NCBI GenBank assembly: GCA_027622665.1
Contig: JAQBYT010000005.1
Location: 132,419 to 196,418 of the forward strand
Origin: Verrucomicrobiota bacterium
GTDB taxonomy: Bacteria > Verrucomicrobiota > Verrucomicrobiia > Opitutales > Seribacteraceae
Length of the DNA stretch: 64,000 nucleotides
Direction: 5' to 3'
How positions within the stretch are numbered: the first letter of the stretch is position 1; each line of letters starts with the position of its first letter. The notes under the pieces were generated by a model. It was given only the letters and a program-made list of their open reading frames with translations, made no database searches and was not told the DNA's origin. The position numbers and the translations under genes were made by a program. Below, one piece after another: positions 20,022 to 30,328 of the stretch.

Positions 20022-20230
20022 GCGGGAAGGGCCACTTCCTCAAATTGTCCCGAGACACCATCCAGAGCATCCTTGGCATTCAGTTCCAAGATGTCTTTCA
20101 AGGCTTCTGAAAGGCTAGTCAGCAATTCTTCTCGGCTTTTTTCCTGAGCATTGGCTCCGGGCACTTCCTTGACCCATCCAACCCACCAGTTACCGTCCTG
20201 CTGGACAATTGCCGTAAAGTTAGCATTCAT
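20018..20230 (-). CDS. hicB: HicB-family antitoxin (short, no DNA-binding domain)
   Basis: FTAIVQQDGNWWVGWVKEVPGANAQEKSREELLTSLSEAL. Confidence 0.85.
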   Translation of the reverse strand: MNANFTAIVQQDGNWWVGWVKEVPGANAQEKSREELLTSLSEALKDILELNAKDALDGVSGQFEEVALPA

Positions 20231-20272
20231 CCCAACAACCTAACGTATCACCTTCCCGACGCAAGTTTTCCT

Positions 20273-20304
20273 TGTCCTTGAGGTCTCACCCCTCCTTGCA
20301 ATGA
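20273..20304. repeat. Collapsed remnant of the GTCATTGCGAG repeat
   Basis: TGTCCTTGAG...CTCCTTGCAATGA resembles the two outer ends of the element joined together, just upstream of the hicBA promoter region. Confidence 0.4.
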
Positions 20305-20352
20305 TTTCCCGGAGACGATAAGGGAATTCCAGGGTGTTAGGCCTTCGGCGCT

Positions 20353-21132
20353 TCAGTCGTATTTTGCGTGCAGGGTTTGTAGGGGGAATTGGCGCCCCGG
20401 GCAGACGGTGTGGTTGAGGTCGATTTCCTTGTGGCCCGCGAAGGCGCACTTTTTCTCGAGAACGATGTTTTGCAAAAAGTCCATTAGCTCGTGAAAGGCC
20501 TCCATTTGCTTGGCGGTGGGTTTTCTGTTCTGGAAATTGCCGACTAGGCAGATGCCGATGCCGTGGTCGTTGACCTCTGTCTTCTGTACATGCCCGCCCC
20601 TCTGCTGGTATGTCCAACGCGAGCCTACTTCGACTTCGCCGTCACCCGAGTCCTTTCCCGAACCAATTACAAAATGATAGGCCAAGCCGTCGCGCAGGCG
20701 CTTCACCTCCTTGTGGTAATATTCGTACACGCGGGCGTTACCTTCCTCTATGCCGCTGTGGTGCGCCACGATCCACTTCCACTTCTTGTCTTCCACCACG
20801 ATCGATTGGGTTTTGTCGACCACCTTTGCTAGGTGCTTGAACTTGGGCAGGCGGGTGGGAATAATAAGAGTTTGCCCGATGCGTATGAGATCCCCCGTCA
20901 GGTCGTTGGCATTCTGTATGCCCTTCACGGTAGTCTGAAACCGTAGGGCAAGGTGGCTGAGGGTGTCGCCCGGTTTTACCAAGTACTTCCTGCCGGCCAG
21001 TTGGTTGGCCATCGCCAGACCGGGCAAGCCGGCCGCCATGACAATGGCCATTCGTCCGAAGGATCGGCGAGACCACCTTGGACCGATCCTTAGAATTTCC
21101 GCGAAACGCGCTTGCGCCGAGTCACTCTTCAT
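20353..21132 (-). CDS. LysM + N-acetylmuramoyl-L-alanine amidase (Amidase_2), Tat-like signal
   Basis: SRRSFG; LysM YLVKPGDTLSHLALRFQTTV...IRIGQTLIIP; amidase motifs IVAHHS, AYHFVIG, GIGICLVGNF, GHKE...TVCPG. Confidence 0.9.
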   Translation of the reverse strand: MKSDSAQARFAEILRIGPRWSRRSFGRMAIVMAAGLPGLAMANQLAGRKYLVKPGDTLSHLALRFQTTVKGIQNANDLTGDLIRIGQTLIIPTRLPKFKHLAKVVDKTQSIVVEDKKWKWIVAHHSGIEEGNARVYEYYHKEVKRLRDGLAYHFVIGSGKDSGDGEVEVGSRWTYQQRGGHVQKTEVNDHGIGICLVGNFQNRKPTAKQMEAFHELMDFLQNIVLEKKCAFAGHKEIDLNHTVCPGRQFPLQTLHAKYD

Positions 21133-21154
21133 TTAGCTTCCATCCATGCATCCC

Positions 21155-21170
21155 GTGATAACTTTCTCAC
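21155..21170. promoter_or_regulatory. Possible Fur-family operator between the divergent amidase and fur genes
   Basis: GTGATAACTTTCTCAC is an imperfect inverted repeat resembling a Fur half-site (TGATAA). Confidence 0.25.
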
Positions 21171-21198
21171 AACCGTTTCAATTGGTCAAATTGCTTTC

Positions 21199-21651
21199 GT
21201 GACCGAATGCTCCCATACGCATCTTTTCGATGAGGCCGTAGCTACTTTGCGAACGGCGGGTTTGCGCATCACCGAGCAAAGGCGGTCCATCCTGCGCGTA
21301 CTCGCGAAGGCGGACGGAACGCTTTCCGCCGAGGAAACCTTCGAGGCTCTAGATCCCGAGACTTGCGACGTAGTCACGGTTTACCGATGCCTGGAATCTT
21401 TTGAGAGGACCGGCACCGTGCAGCGCGGGGTGCGCGAGAACGGGACCAAGGTGTACTGCCTCGCCCATGGGGCGGACCATCATCACCACCTCACCTGCCG
21501 ATCCTGCGGTCGGACGGAGCGCCTCGACGTGTGCGTCGACGCCGACCTCGCCCAGCTTGCGGAGGAAAGAGGGTTTGTCGAGGTGTCGCATGTTCTTGAG
21601 GTGTTCGGCGTTTGCTCCGATTGTGCCCGGGGTGGGGGAGTCTCGTCGTGA
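21199..21651 (+). CDS. Fur-family transcriptional regulator (Fur/Zur)
   Basis: LRITEQRRSIL, VTVYRCL, HHHHLTCRSCG, FGVCSDC; likely GTG start at 21199. Confidence 0.92.
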   Translation: MTECSHTHLFDEAVATLRTAGLRITEQRRSILRVLAKADGTLSAEETFEALDPETCDVVTVYRCLESFERTGTVQRGVRENGTKVYCLAHGADHHHHLTCRSCGRTERLDVCVDADLAQLAEERGFVEVSHVLEVFGVCSDCARGGGVSS

Positions 21652-24600
21652 AGGGGGCGGTTGCCTTTGTTTTTTCTTTTCTTTTCACCCTTGGCCTTCA
21701 AGCGGACGACAAGGGGGAAAAGCCGAACTCGACCTATGTCCGCTTTCATCTCGATTCCTTGCCTGCCGTCGGGAAAATCTCCCTCAGAGCCTCCTTTCAG
21801 TTGCACCATCCTCCATGGGGGGCTTCGACAAATTTCGGAGACAAAGCGGTCTCTGAAAAATCCCACGACTTTACTGAAATCGGCCCGACGCCTTGGTATC
21901 GTCTCCAGGACATCCTGAACTTTTCGCGGTTTGGTCCGGCCCAAGTTTCCATGACTTTGCAGGTGTCCGGCGACGCCGAGGGCTCTACCGAGTTCGCCGT
22001 TGGAAAGCCCCCGCACGTAACTATTTCCGCTCGCGAATTCCCCCGGGATGGACTCGGCCCTGCGGGAAAGGATTTGCTGGACGATCTTTCGGGCAAAGCT
22101 CCGAAGAAGCCCGACGGCCCCCCCGAACCTCTTACCCTTCGCATAGTACGAAAAATTTCCTGGAACGTACCCGACGGAAAAAAATATTCCCTCTCCACCG
22201 ACCTGTCGCGGATCGAGACCTTGCGTGACCATGCCCGCAGAAATTATCGTCGAGCCCTTGAGGCAACCGGAGAAAGGCTGTTCCCGCTCATGCGGCCTCC
22301 CATGCTCACCACCCCCGCATGGTCTAGAGCCATTGGCCCTGCGGGCGACTACATGAAGAAGACCCTTCGCCTTCTCGGGTTCAATGCCGTGGATACCCAC
22401 GATTCCATAAAATCCGCCCGCCTTTACGGTTGGACTACCACGGGAGCCCAGTACTGGCCGCCCTCTTTTCTTCCGCACGACGTGGACGCCGCCCGCAAAC
22501 GGTACGATGCCCACTACGAGGCGAGAGTTCCTTCGGCGCTCTCCAAGCGCGCCACGGCTACCGACGTCGTTACCTCCGTGTTCCAAGTCGCGGACGAGCC
22601 GGGCGAAATTCAAACCGAGGAATTGAGCACTCCCGCCTTTCGCTTTCGGAAAGGGAAGGACGGCATCGTCATATTCGTCGATGAATCCGGCGAGGGCATC
22701 CTCCGTACGAAAAGAAATGATTACGCGGGTTACGTTCTCGAGGGGCTTATCGCCACCCGCGATGGGAAAATCACTTTCCATGCCGGACTGTCAGCCAAAG
22801 ACCCCAAGACCGGCTTTTTCTGGACGGTTGGTCGATTGCGCCGAAACGCTCCCGAAAACGTCGCCGCCGGCAAGATTGGAACCGGTGGCTCGCACTATGT
22901 ACGTAATGGGGCGAACCTTTCAGGCGAGCCTCGCCTGTTTCGTCTGGTCCATGATGGTTCCGAGGCCGCCATATACTTGGACGAAAAGTCGATCAGTCAC
23001 TTGAAGGACTTACCCGTGTCGGGCGGTTTTTCCATAAGCGGACCTCGCAAGAGTTTCTTTTCCTTGGTCTTGCGCCCCATGAGGAAGGAGGAGCGCCTGC
23101 GCCCGGTCCTGTCCGCGGATGGACCCGCCCGCAAAGACGTTCTGGCCGACATCGCGGACGATCTTTTGCTGGAGGAACCCGAACCCGATCCGAAGGAGGA
23201 CGAACCCCGGGACTTGCGAGCCTCTATTGAAGCGAACTGGTTGATCGAGGGTGGCTCGGAGGAGGCTCGAATCGGTTTCCGGAAATGGCTGGCCGAGCGC
23301 AAGGTGAAGCCTACTCTCTTCGGGGCCACATCCCTGAACGACGTTTCCCCGCTCACTCTTCCACAGTTGGCCGAAACTCCCGAGGAAAAGCGTCTCTACT
23401 ACTGGTCGCGCCGGTATTCCGCATGGCGCACGCCCCGCATGTTCGCCTTGGCCTGCGAGGCCATAGGCAAAGTGTCTCCCAATCCCGACCTTCGTCGCTT
23501 CGTGGCCCTGAGCGGGCATGCCCTGTACTTCCCGAGTCGCATGCCTTTGGACATGTTCGAGCTAGCGAGCTATCCCGACGTCACGCCCGGCGTGAGCGAC
23601 TGGATGAGCACGGGCAGCTGGCGCTGGGACAGCCATCAGGCGGTTGCCTTCTCGGTGGCGCCCTTCAATTCCGGGGCTCGCCGCCGGGGACAATCTCCCG
23701 CGAACTTTCCCATGATGCACTGCGTGTGGCCCGAGGTGCTTCGGTCCTACGCCCAGCTCGGAAACAACTGCAAGCTCATCAGCTTCTACAACTACGGGCC
23801 TCACTACGCCGCCACCGAGGGCATGTGGTCGGAGGCCTCCGGCTCGCATCGCGCCGCCCATCTTCTGAATAATCGACTGTCCCAAGCGGACGACCTCGTC
23901 GGGGCAGGCATTCTCCGCCCGTCCCGCGTGGCCATGCTCTACTCCCGTTCCACCGAGTACTGGAATCCCGCTGCCACCTTCCCCGACAAGCGAGCCTCTT
24001 TCCTCGGGTTGTCCCACGAGTACTTTCAACCGGAGCTCGTGACCGAGGAGCAAGTGGCGGCAGGGGACCTAGACCATTACGACGCCCTCTACGTTCTGGA
24101 AACCCACGTGTCGCAGGCGGCGTCCGAACGTATCCTGTCATGGACCAAGCGAGGCGGCCTGCTTTGGACTTGCGCCGATTCCTTCCTTCGCGACGAGTAC
24201 GATACCCCTCGGGATTTCCTTGGCGAAAACTTCGGTCTGCAGCGACGCTTTGCGGATAAGCCCGCCAAGCGTACCGTTCGTCCTTCGGCTGCCGTTGCCT
24301 CGTTCATGCCCGTCCACGGCGTGAAACCGGCAAAGCCCATCGGCGGACTGGTTTGGCCGGGGGCCGAGGTTCTCGCCAACTACGACGAAGGACTCTCGGC
24401 CTGGCTCGAAAAGGATTATCATGACGGACGCGTGGTTTACCTAGGTCATCGAGCCGGTCTCGATTATACTCGTAAAGCCATCCGCCTTGGCGGCATGCGC
24501 ACCATCTGGCCCGATTACCCGCGAGCCTTTCTTACGCGTCCCCTCCATCAACGAAAGGTAGTTCGCGAACTCACGGTTTCGGAACCTATTGTCCTCGCCC

Positions 24601-25463
24601 ATGCTCTCTCTTCTAAAGGCGGCGACGTGATCGTCCTTGCCAACATGCGCGCCGACGATCTTGAAAACCTCGAAGTTCGGCTTCGTTCTCCGGCCAAGCC
24701 GGTTTCCGTGCAAACCTTCGATGAAAATGGTAACCTCGTAGAGGTGCCCTTTACCCATGCCGATGGGATAGTACTCTTTACGGTGCCTCGGCTACCAAGT
24801 TTCCTTTCCGGCTGGAACGAGATTGGTCAGCTTTACTTTGTTCGATCCAAACCCGCACCGTCCGACGATCGTTTGGGCAAACTGCGGGAGCAAACCGAGG
24901 CCGAACTCGGATCCGATGATCCCGAGACCCTTGCGGTCGCTATTTGGCGGGCCGGTTTCTTTCCCGATTGGAAACTCGCGGGGAAGCTTCCGCCCCTCTT
25001 GACCCATGAGGACTGGCGAGTGCGAAGGGCGACTGCCGAGAGCCTGGGACGCCTAGCTCCCGATGGCGCGGGGTCGGCTATTGTCGCGGCCTTTGCCCAA
25101 GAAACGGACAATCATGCCAAGGCCGAGCAGTTGCACGCCCTAGCCCGCCTCGGAAGCGATAAGTTCGAAGCTTTTCACAAGCTGTTGACGGCAAGCCCCG
25201 ATCCCTTTCTTCGGGAGGAAGCTCGTCTGGCCCATGCGGTCTTGCGCCCAGTGATTACTCCCAAAGCCTTGCCCGAGGAGCCTTATGCCAAGGCCATCGC
25301 CACCCGTTCACCGGAGTTGCTTCGAAAAGTTTTTCAGGATCGGGCGAAGTTGAACCCCGGCCAATTGACCCGGTTGCTCGCCCACCTTCCCGCTGCTTAT
25401 CCCGTTCGCTTCGGTAACGACTTGCAGGCTTGGTCGGACTATTTTTCCAAGTTGCCGAATTGA
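21648..25463 (+). CDS. Large exported GH42-like (clan A-like) protein with trimerisation-type domain and C-terminal HEAT repeats
   Basis: GTG overlaps the fur stop; signal peptide; VADEPG; RPSRVAMLYSRS...DLDHYDALYV...WTKRGGLL...RDEYD (GH42 middle-domain-like); HEAT motif DWRVRRATAESLGRL. Confidence 0.6.
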   Translation: MKGAVAFVFSFLFTLGLQADDKGEKPNSTYVRFHLDSLPAVGKISLRASFQLHHPPWGASTNFGDKAVSEKSHDFTEIGPTPWYRLQDILNFSRFGPAQVSMTLQVSGDAEGSTEFAVGKPPHVTISAREFPRDGLGPAGKDLLDDLSGKAPKKPDGPPEPLTLRIVRKISWNVPDGKKYSLSTDLSRIETLRDHARRNYRRALEATGERLFPLMRPPMLTTPAWSRAIGPAGDYMKKTLRLLGFNAVDTHDSIKSARLYGWTTTGAQYWPPSFLPHDVDAARKRYDAHYEARVPSALSKRATATDVVTSVFQVADEPGEIQTEELSTPAFRFRKGKDGIVIFVDESGEGILRTKRNDYAGYVLEGLIATRDGKITFHAGLSAKDPKTGFFWTVGRLRRNAPENVAAGKIGTGGSHYVRNGANLSGEPRLFRLVHDGSEAAIYLDEKSISHLKDLPVSGGFSISGPRKSFFSLVLRPMRKEERLRPVLSADGPARKDVLADIADDLLLEEPEPDPKEDEPRDLRASIEANWLIEGGSEEARIGFRKWLAERKVKPTLFGATSLNDVSPLTLPQLAETPEEKRLYYWSRRYSAWRTPRMFALACEAIGKVSPNPDLRRFVALSGHALYFPSRMPLDMFELASYPDVTPGVSDWMSTGSWRWDSHQAVAFSVAPFNSGARRRGQSPANFPMMHCVWPEVLRSYAQLGNNCKLISFYNYGPHYAATEGMWSEASGSHRAAHLLNNRLSQADDLVGAGILRPSRVAMLYSRSTEYWNPAATFPDKRASFLGLSHEYFQPELVTEEQVAAGDLDHYDALYVLETHVSQAASERILSWTKRGGLLWTCADSFLRDEYDTPRDFLGENFGLQRRFADKPAKRTVRPSAAVASFMPVHGVKPAKPIGGLVWPGAEVLANYDEGLSAWLEKDYHDGRVVYLGHRAGLDYTRKAIRLGGMRTIWPDYPRAFLTRPLHQRKVVRELTVSEPIVLAHALSSKGGDVIVLANMRADDLENLEVRLRSPAKPVSVQTFDENGNLVEVPFTHADGIVLFTVPRLPSFLSGWNEIGQLYFVRSKPAPSDDRLGKLREQTEAELGSDDPETLAVAIWRAGFFPDWKLAGKLPPLLTHEDWRVRRATAESLGRLAPDGAGSAIVAAFAQETDNHAKAEQLHALARLGSDKFEAFHKLLTASPDPFLREEARLAHAVLRPVITPKALPEEPYAKAIATRSPELLRKVFQDRAKLNPGQLTRLLAHLPAAYPVRFGNDLQAWSDYFSKLPN

Positions 25464-25479
25464 TGTCCGGTTTGTCCGG

Positions 25480-27390
25480 CTAGGTTCCGATTTGGCCCAC
25501 GAAAAGCACTAACCCGATAATTGCGAAACAGAGGGCTAAACATATTGCAAAGCCCACCACGTCATATCGGGTGGGTCGCTGAAATTCGAAGTTGGAGCCG
25601 GGGAAGAGCTTGTTTTTGTCGAACCGATCGGGCTCGGCGTAGCTTTTTTCGATTTCGGCTTCGTCTTTTTCGGGATCGGGGTTCACCGGAGTTTTCATCC
25701 TAACGTAAAGGCGATCCAGGCTCTCCTTCCGATTCGGGGTGGTGAGCAAGCTGGCGATTATCATCACCAGAAACGGGGCGATGATTTTGAAGGGGAGGTC
25801 GAGGGTGGCTAGGGCGGCGTTGCGGACCTTGGTCAGGTCGAAACCAAGAATTTTATCATAGAGCAGCATGTCGAAACGAAACTGTCCTTCGCCTCGTTTT
25901 ACTCCTTCGACCTCCTTTACGCCTCCCGTCCAGTAGATGGACTTTCCTCCGCCGGTATCGGTCTTCTCGTTTACTTGGATCAGAGACGAGTCGGTTCGCA
26001 AGTCCGGAGCCACGGCGGGGATCAAGCGGGGTAGAACGAAGAAGCTGACGAGGCAAAAGGCAATGGTCGTCCATCCGGCCTTGGTGGTGGCTTTGCGCCA
26101 ATACATACCGACCCAGAACAAGGCGGCGAAGGTCATCGGCACAATCCAAGTCAACTGAAGTTGCTTGAACATATCCAGCATGGTCACCGATATGACGACG
26201 GCTCCCAAGACTACGATCCCCCCGGTCCATCGCCCGAGGGAAACGCACTCCCTGTCGGTGGCGTTCGGCTTTATGAAGGGCACGTAAATATTTCTTACCA
26301 CCAGCGCCGAGCAGACCAGCATGTAGCAATCCACGCTGCTCATGAGCGCCGCCAGCAGGCACGCCAGCATTAGCCCGACGAGTCCTATGCCCAGAGGTCC
26401 AAGGAGTTCCTTCGTGGCCACCCCCCATGCCATGTCGGCATCTTTCATCAAGGCCGTATCGCTACCGAACAAGGTGAGCACGATCAAGGCCGTGATCACC
26501 CAACCGATGGTGCAAAAGCGCTTGATGAAATTTCCCGTTACGAGACCTATCCTGGCGTCCTGCTCACTTTTGGCGGTACCGCCTCCCGTGACGATGAAGT
26601 GGGGCGTGAGGACGATGCCGATCGCGTTGATGATGACGATTACGAGAATCGCATAAAGTGGGAACTCAGCCGAGTTTTGGCTGCCGAGGATGGTGAAGTT
26701 GTGGGCAGGTAGTTGTTCGTGCATGACGCGAAAGCCATCCGTCCAAGAATCGCCGGGACTGCCGAATTTTTCAACCACTGCATTCAGCCCGAACGGAATC
26801 AGCAGGACGGAGAGCAGAATGATGCAAATGCCTTGGACGAGGTCTGTCCAGTAAGCGGCAGCGATTCCGCCGAGTACGCCGTACAATGTGACCACTACTG
26901 CCACCAAGGGCACCAGCACGTGCTCCGTCTGCGCGCCGAAGAGTTCCGGTCCCACCAAGGGCACGGCCACCTTGCCTATAGCCGTGAAGAGCATGGCCCC
27001 GTAGGTCATGTAATAGAAGCAACCGAACACAGCGTAGGCCACGCCCATGCTCTTGGACTCGTAGCGTTCCACGAACCAGTCGCCCAAGGTGAGGCAGCGC
27101 ATCCGACGGTACCACACCGCGCTAATCCAGTACACCGGGGTGACGAACAGCCAGTACATGACTCCCCACATGCCGCTCATGCCGTTGGCGAAGGTGCCGC
27201 GGGCGGTGTTCACGGGATCGGCGGAGCCCGTGCCTGCGCCAAACGCGGCGAAGGTTTGGAAGAGTTTGCCGAAACGGCGTCCCCCCATGAAGTAGTCCTC
27301 TTGTCCCTTCACTTGCTTCATGGCCCAAATACCGATGCCGGCCATGCCGGCGAAATAGATGAAGAGCACCAAATAGTCTATCGTGTCCAT
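25480..27390 (-). CDS. Sodium:solute symporter family transporter
   Basis: EDYFMGGRRFG, YGVLGGIAAAYWTDLVQG, GLMLACLLAALMSSVD; many transmembrane segments. Confidence 0.92.
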   Translation of the reverse strand: MDTIDYLVLFIYFAGMAGIGIWAMKQVKGQEDYFMGGRRFGKLFQTFAAFGAGTGSADPVNTARGTFANGMSGMWGVMYWLFVTPVYWISAVWYRRMRCLTLGDWFVERYESKSMGVAYAVFGCFYYMTYGAMLFTAIGKVAVPLVGPELFGAQTEHVLVPLVAVVVTLYGVLGGIAAAYWTDLVQGICIILLSVLLIPFGLNAVVEKFGSPGDSWTDGFRVMHEQLPAHNFTILGSQNSAEFPLYAILVIVIINAIGIVLTPHFIVTGGGTAKSEQDARIGLVTGNFIKRFCTIGWVITALIVLTLFGSDTALMKDADMAWGVATKELLGPLGIGLVGLMLACLLAALMSSVDCYMLVCSALVVRNIYVPFIKPNATDRECVSLGRWTGGIVVLGAVVISVTMLDMFKQLQLTWIVPMTFAALFWVGMYWRKATTKAGWTTIAFCLVSFFVLPRLIPAVAPDLRTDSSLIQVNEKTDTGGGKSIYWTGGVKEVEGVKRGEGQFRFDMLLYDKILGFDLTKVRNAALATLDLPFKIIAPFLVMIIASLLTTPNRKESLDRLYVRMKTPVNPDPEKDEAEIEKSYAEPDRFDKNKLFPGSNFEFQRPTRYDVVGFAICLALCFAIIGLVLFVGQIGT

Positions 27391-27538
27391 AGAGAGATCC
27401 CGCCAATTCGTTTCCGAAAGGGTCTCTTTGGCAATCGAAAAGCGTCGATACCTGTTTTTTACGAGTGGGTAGGTGAACAGATTATTCTTGCCGTGGACTG
27501 GTCGCCGCCGAAGAGTCGCCGCTCATTTTTTAACTTAT

Positions 27539-28699
27539 ATGGACAAAGTACGAATAGGAATTGTTGGGTTGGGTAACATCGGGCAGGTTCATGCCAAGAG
27601 CTTGCTGGATGGAAATGTCGAGCGTGGAGAATTGACGGCTGTCGCCGATGCTTTTCCCGACAAACTGAAGCAATACGAGGAACAAGGAATAAAGGTCTAT
27701 GGCGATGCCGATGACTTGATCGCCTCGGGCGAGATCGACGCCCTAATGATCGCGACTCCTCATTTTCAGCACACCACACTTGGAATTAAGGCCTTGGACG
27801 CCGGACTTCACATCATGGTGGAAAAACCGATTTCCGCTCACAAGGCCGATGCCGAGAGGTTGGTTGCCAAGGCCAAGGAAAAGCCGAATCAAGTTTTCGG
27901 GGGCATGTTCCAGTTGCGGATCGAGCCGCGCTACGAAAAAATTCGAGAGCTCGTGCAGGGAGGCGAACTGGGTGATTTGATGCGCGTAGTTTGGATCATG
28001 ACCGACTGGTTCCGTTCCGAGGCCTACTTTCAAAGTGGTGGCTGGCGAGCCACTTGGAAAGGGGAGGGCGGCGGCGTGTTGCTGAACCAGTGCCTCCATC
28101 AACTCGACGTCATGCAATGGATTCTCGGGATGCCGGCCAAGGTAAGCAGTCAAGTAGGCATCGGGAAGCATCACGACATCGAGGTCGAGGACGACGTCAC
28201 TTGCTATTTGGAATACCCGAACGGCGCCTCGGGCGTATTCATAACCTCGACGGGAGAGACACCCGGCAGCAACCGATTTGAAATCGCGGGCACCAAGGGA
28301 CGCATTCTCCTCGAGAACGACAAGCTCGTATTCACCAGAAACGCCGTTCCTTCGGACGAGTGGTCCAAGACTTCGAAAATCGGCTTTCAGCAACCTGAAA
28401 CCACGATCGAGGAAATTCCCATTCCCCCTGCGAATGAACCGCACGCCGCTTTAATCTCCAACTTTGTCGAGGCCATCCTTGACGGAAAGCCCCTAGTCGC
28501 TCCCGGCGAAAGTGGCGTAGGCTCGGTGGAGCTCGCCAACGTCATGCTGTATTCGGGCTTGCTCAACCAGCCGATCGAGTTGCCCATGAACGGAGCGGAC
28601 TGGGAGGCCAAGCTGAACGAACTTATTGAGAACTCGACCCACGAGAAGAAAGTGGTGGAGGTATCCAGCGAGGATTTCACCGCTTCCTTCCGCCGTTAG
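27539..28699 (+). CDS. Gfo/Idh/MocA-family oxidoreductase
   Basis: RIGIVGLGNIG, IATPHFQH, MVEKPI, WRATWKGEGGGVLLNQCLHQLD; ATG at 27539. Confidence 0.92.
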   Translation: MDKVRIGIVGLGNIGQVHAKSLLDGNVERGELTAVADAFPDKLKQYEEQGIKVYGDADDLIASGEIDALMIATPHFQHTTLGIKALDAGLHIMVEKPISAHKADAERLVAKAKEKPNQVFGGMFQLRIEPRYEKIRELVQGGELGDLMRVVWIMTDWFRSEAYFQSGGWRATWKGEGGGVLLNQCLHQLDVMQWILGMPAKVSSQVGIGKHHDIEVEDDVTCYLEYPNGASGVFITSTGETPGSNRFEIAGTKGRILLENDKLVFTRNAVPSDEWSKTSKIGFQQPETTIEEIPIPPANEPHAALISNFVEAILDGKPLVAPGESGVGSVELANVMLYSGLLNQPIELPMNGADWEAKLNELIENSTHEKKVVEVSSEDFTASFRR

Positions 28700-28737
28700 T
28701 TTCACATTTCCTGTAACTCAAGTAACCCTTAGATATC

Positions 28738-29592
28738 ATGCCATTTAAATTCACGGGATTCCCCGACGAAGCCGAAAAAAGCCTCGCAGACCAAATTTCC
28801 ACCCTCAAGGAAGTCGGATGGTCCGCCATCGAACTCCGCCTGATCGGCGGCAGCAACGTCTGCGACCAGACCGACGACGAGTGGAGGCAAACCCGAGATG
28901 CGCTACAGTCTGCAAGCATCGAGGTAGTCGGCTTCGGCGGCCAAATCGGCAACTGGGCTCGCCCGATCACGACTGACTTCCAAGTCGACTTGGATGAAAT
29001 TCGGCGCGTGGCGCCTCGTATGCAGGAGACGGGAACAAAGTTCCTCCGGATTATGTCTTACCCGAACGATGAGAAAACCCCCTTGTCCCAAGAAGCGTGG
29101 AAAGCCGAGGTGTTTCGACGGCTCAAGGAATTGACGGCCATCGCCGAGGGAGAAGGAATCGTTCTGGCCCATGAGAATTGCAACGGCTACGGAGCCACCG
29201 CCCAAGGCTATCTCGAAATGGTCGAGGCTGTTGGTAGTTCCGCTTTGCAGCTCATCATGGATACTGGAAACAACAGCCTGCACGACAACGACGTGGAGGT
29301 CACTTGGGACTACTACGATACCTGTCGAGCCGAGGTCACTCACGTTCACGTCAAGTGCGCAAAGCCCGGGGCGGACGGTGGCGGTCACGTCACTTGTCAC
29401 GTAGACGAGGATCCCGTTCAGCGTAGAATTTTCGCCGATCTCGAAGCCAACGGCTACGACGGCTGGCTTTCCATAGAACCGCACATCAAGGCCGCCATCC
29501 ATGCGGGCAAGGACGTCGACGACTCGGGCGAGGCTCGCGTAGTCTGGGTGGAATTCGCCCGGCGACTTGAGAAACTCGTGGCCGAACTTTGA
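28738..29592 (+). CDS. Sugar phosphate isomerase/epimerase (xylose-isomerase-like TIM barrel)
   Basis: [33 protein letters not shown]. Confidence 0.85.
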   Translation: MPFKFTGFPDEAEKSLADQISTLKEVGWSAIELRLIGGSNVCDQTDDEWRQTRDALQSASIEVVGFGGQIGNWARPITTDFQVDLDEIRRVAPRMQETGTKFLRIMSYPNDEKTPLSQEAWKAEVFRRLKELTAIAEGEGIVLAHENCNGYGATAQGYLEMVEAVGSSALQLIMDTGNNSLHDNDVEVTWDYYDTCRAEVTHVHVKCAKPGADGGGHVTCHVDEDPVQRRIFADLEANGYDGWLSIEPHIKAAIHAGKDVDDSGEARVVWVEFARRLEKLVAEL

Positions 29593-29596
29593 AGTC

Positions 29597-30328
29597 ATGA
29601 ACATAGAGACCTTTACAACCAAGGAGGAGATGGGAGCGGCCGCCGCCGCCCATGGCGTCTCCAAGCTTCGGACGGTGCTGGAAGCGAAAGGTTCCGCCTC
29701 CTTCATCGTGGCTACCGGAGCTTCCCAGTTCGAGATGTTGGACAAGTTGGCCGAGGCTGACTTGCCTTGGAACAAGCTTACGGGATTTCACCTCGACGAA
29801 TACGTCGGCCTGTCCATCAATCACGAGGCTTCCTTTCGCAAATACCTTTGGGAACGCTTCGTGAGCAGGCTTCCCCTTCCGCTCGCGGCCTTCCACTTTC
29901 TGGATGGCGAAGTAGACGCCGATGCCGAGTGCCGTCGTGCGAGTGAGCTTATCGAACAAACTTCCATCGACGTAGCCTTCGTCGGCATCGGTGAAAACGG
30001 CCACCTCGCCTTCAACGATCCACCGGCCGACTTCGATACCGAACAACCTTATCTCATCGTCGACCTTGACGAGGCCTGCCGACAACAACAATTCGGAGAG
30101 GGATGGTTTCCCGATCTCGACTCCGTTCCGCGGCAAGCCATATCCATGTCCGTTCGCCGGATCATGAAAAGCGACGCCATCGTTTGCACCGTCCCCGACG
30201 AGCGCAAGGCCGAGGCCGTGAAAAACGCCACCCAAGGCCCCGTCACGCCGGGGGTGCCTGCCTCGATACTTCAGGAACATCCGGATTGCCGGCTGTTTTT
30301 GGATGCGGCGGCGGCTTCCCTGACGTGA
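29597..30328 (+). CDS. nagB: Glucosamine-6-phosphate deaminase family protein
   Basis: [46 protein letters not shown]. Confidence 0.8.
   Translation: MNIETFTTKEEMGAAAAAHGVSKLRTVLEAKGSASFIVATGASQFEMLDKLAEADLPWNKLTGFHLDEYVGLSINHEASFRKYLWERFVSRLPLPLAAFHFLDGEVDADAECRRASELIEQTSIDVAFVGIGENGHLAFNDPPADFDTEQPYLIVDLDEACRQQQFGEGWFPDLDSVPRQAISMSVRRIMKSDAIVCTVPDERKAEAVKNATQGPVTPGVPASILQEHPDCRLFLDAAAASLT

Noticed and set aside
21483..22781. Long antisense ORFs (432 aa here; also 50599-51756, 26713-27576, 28903-29775, 34750-36540)
   Set aside because: These are shadow frames opposite well-supported GC-rich genes and show no recognisable motifs.
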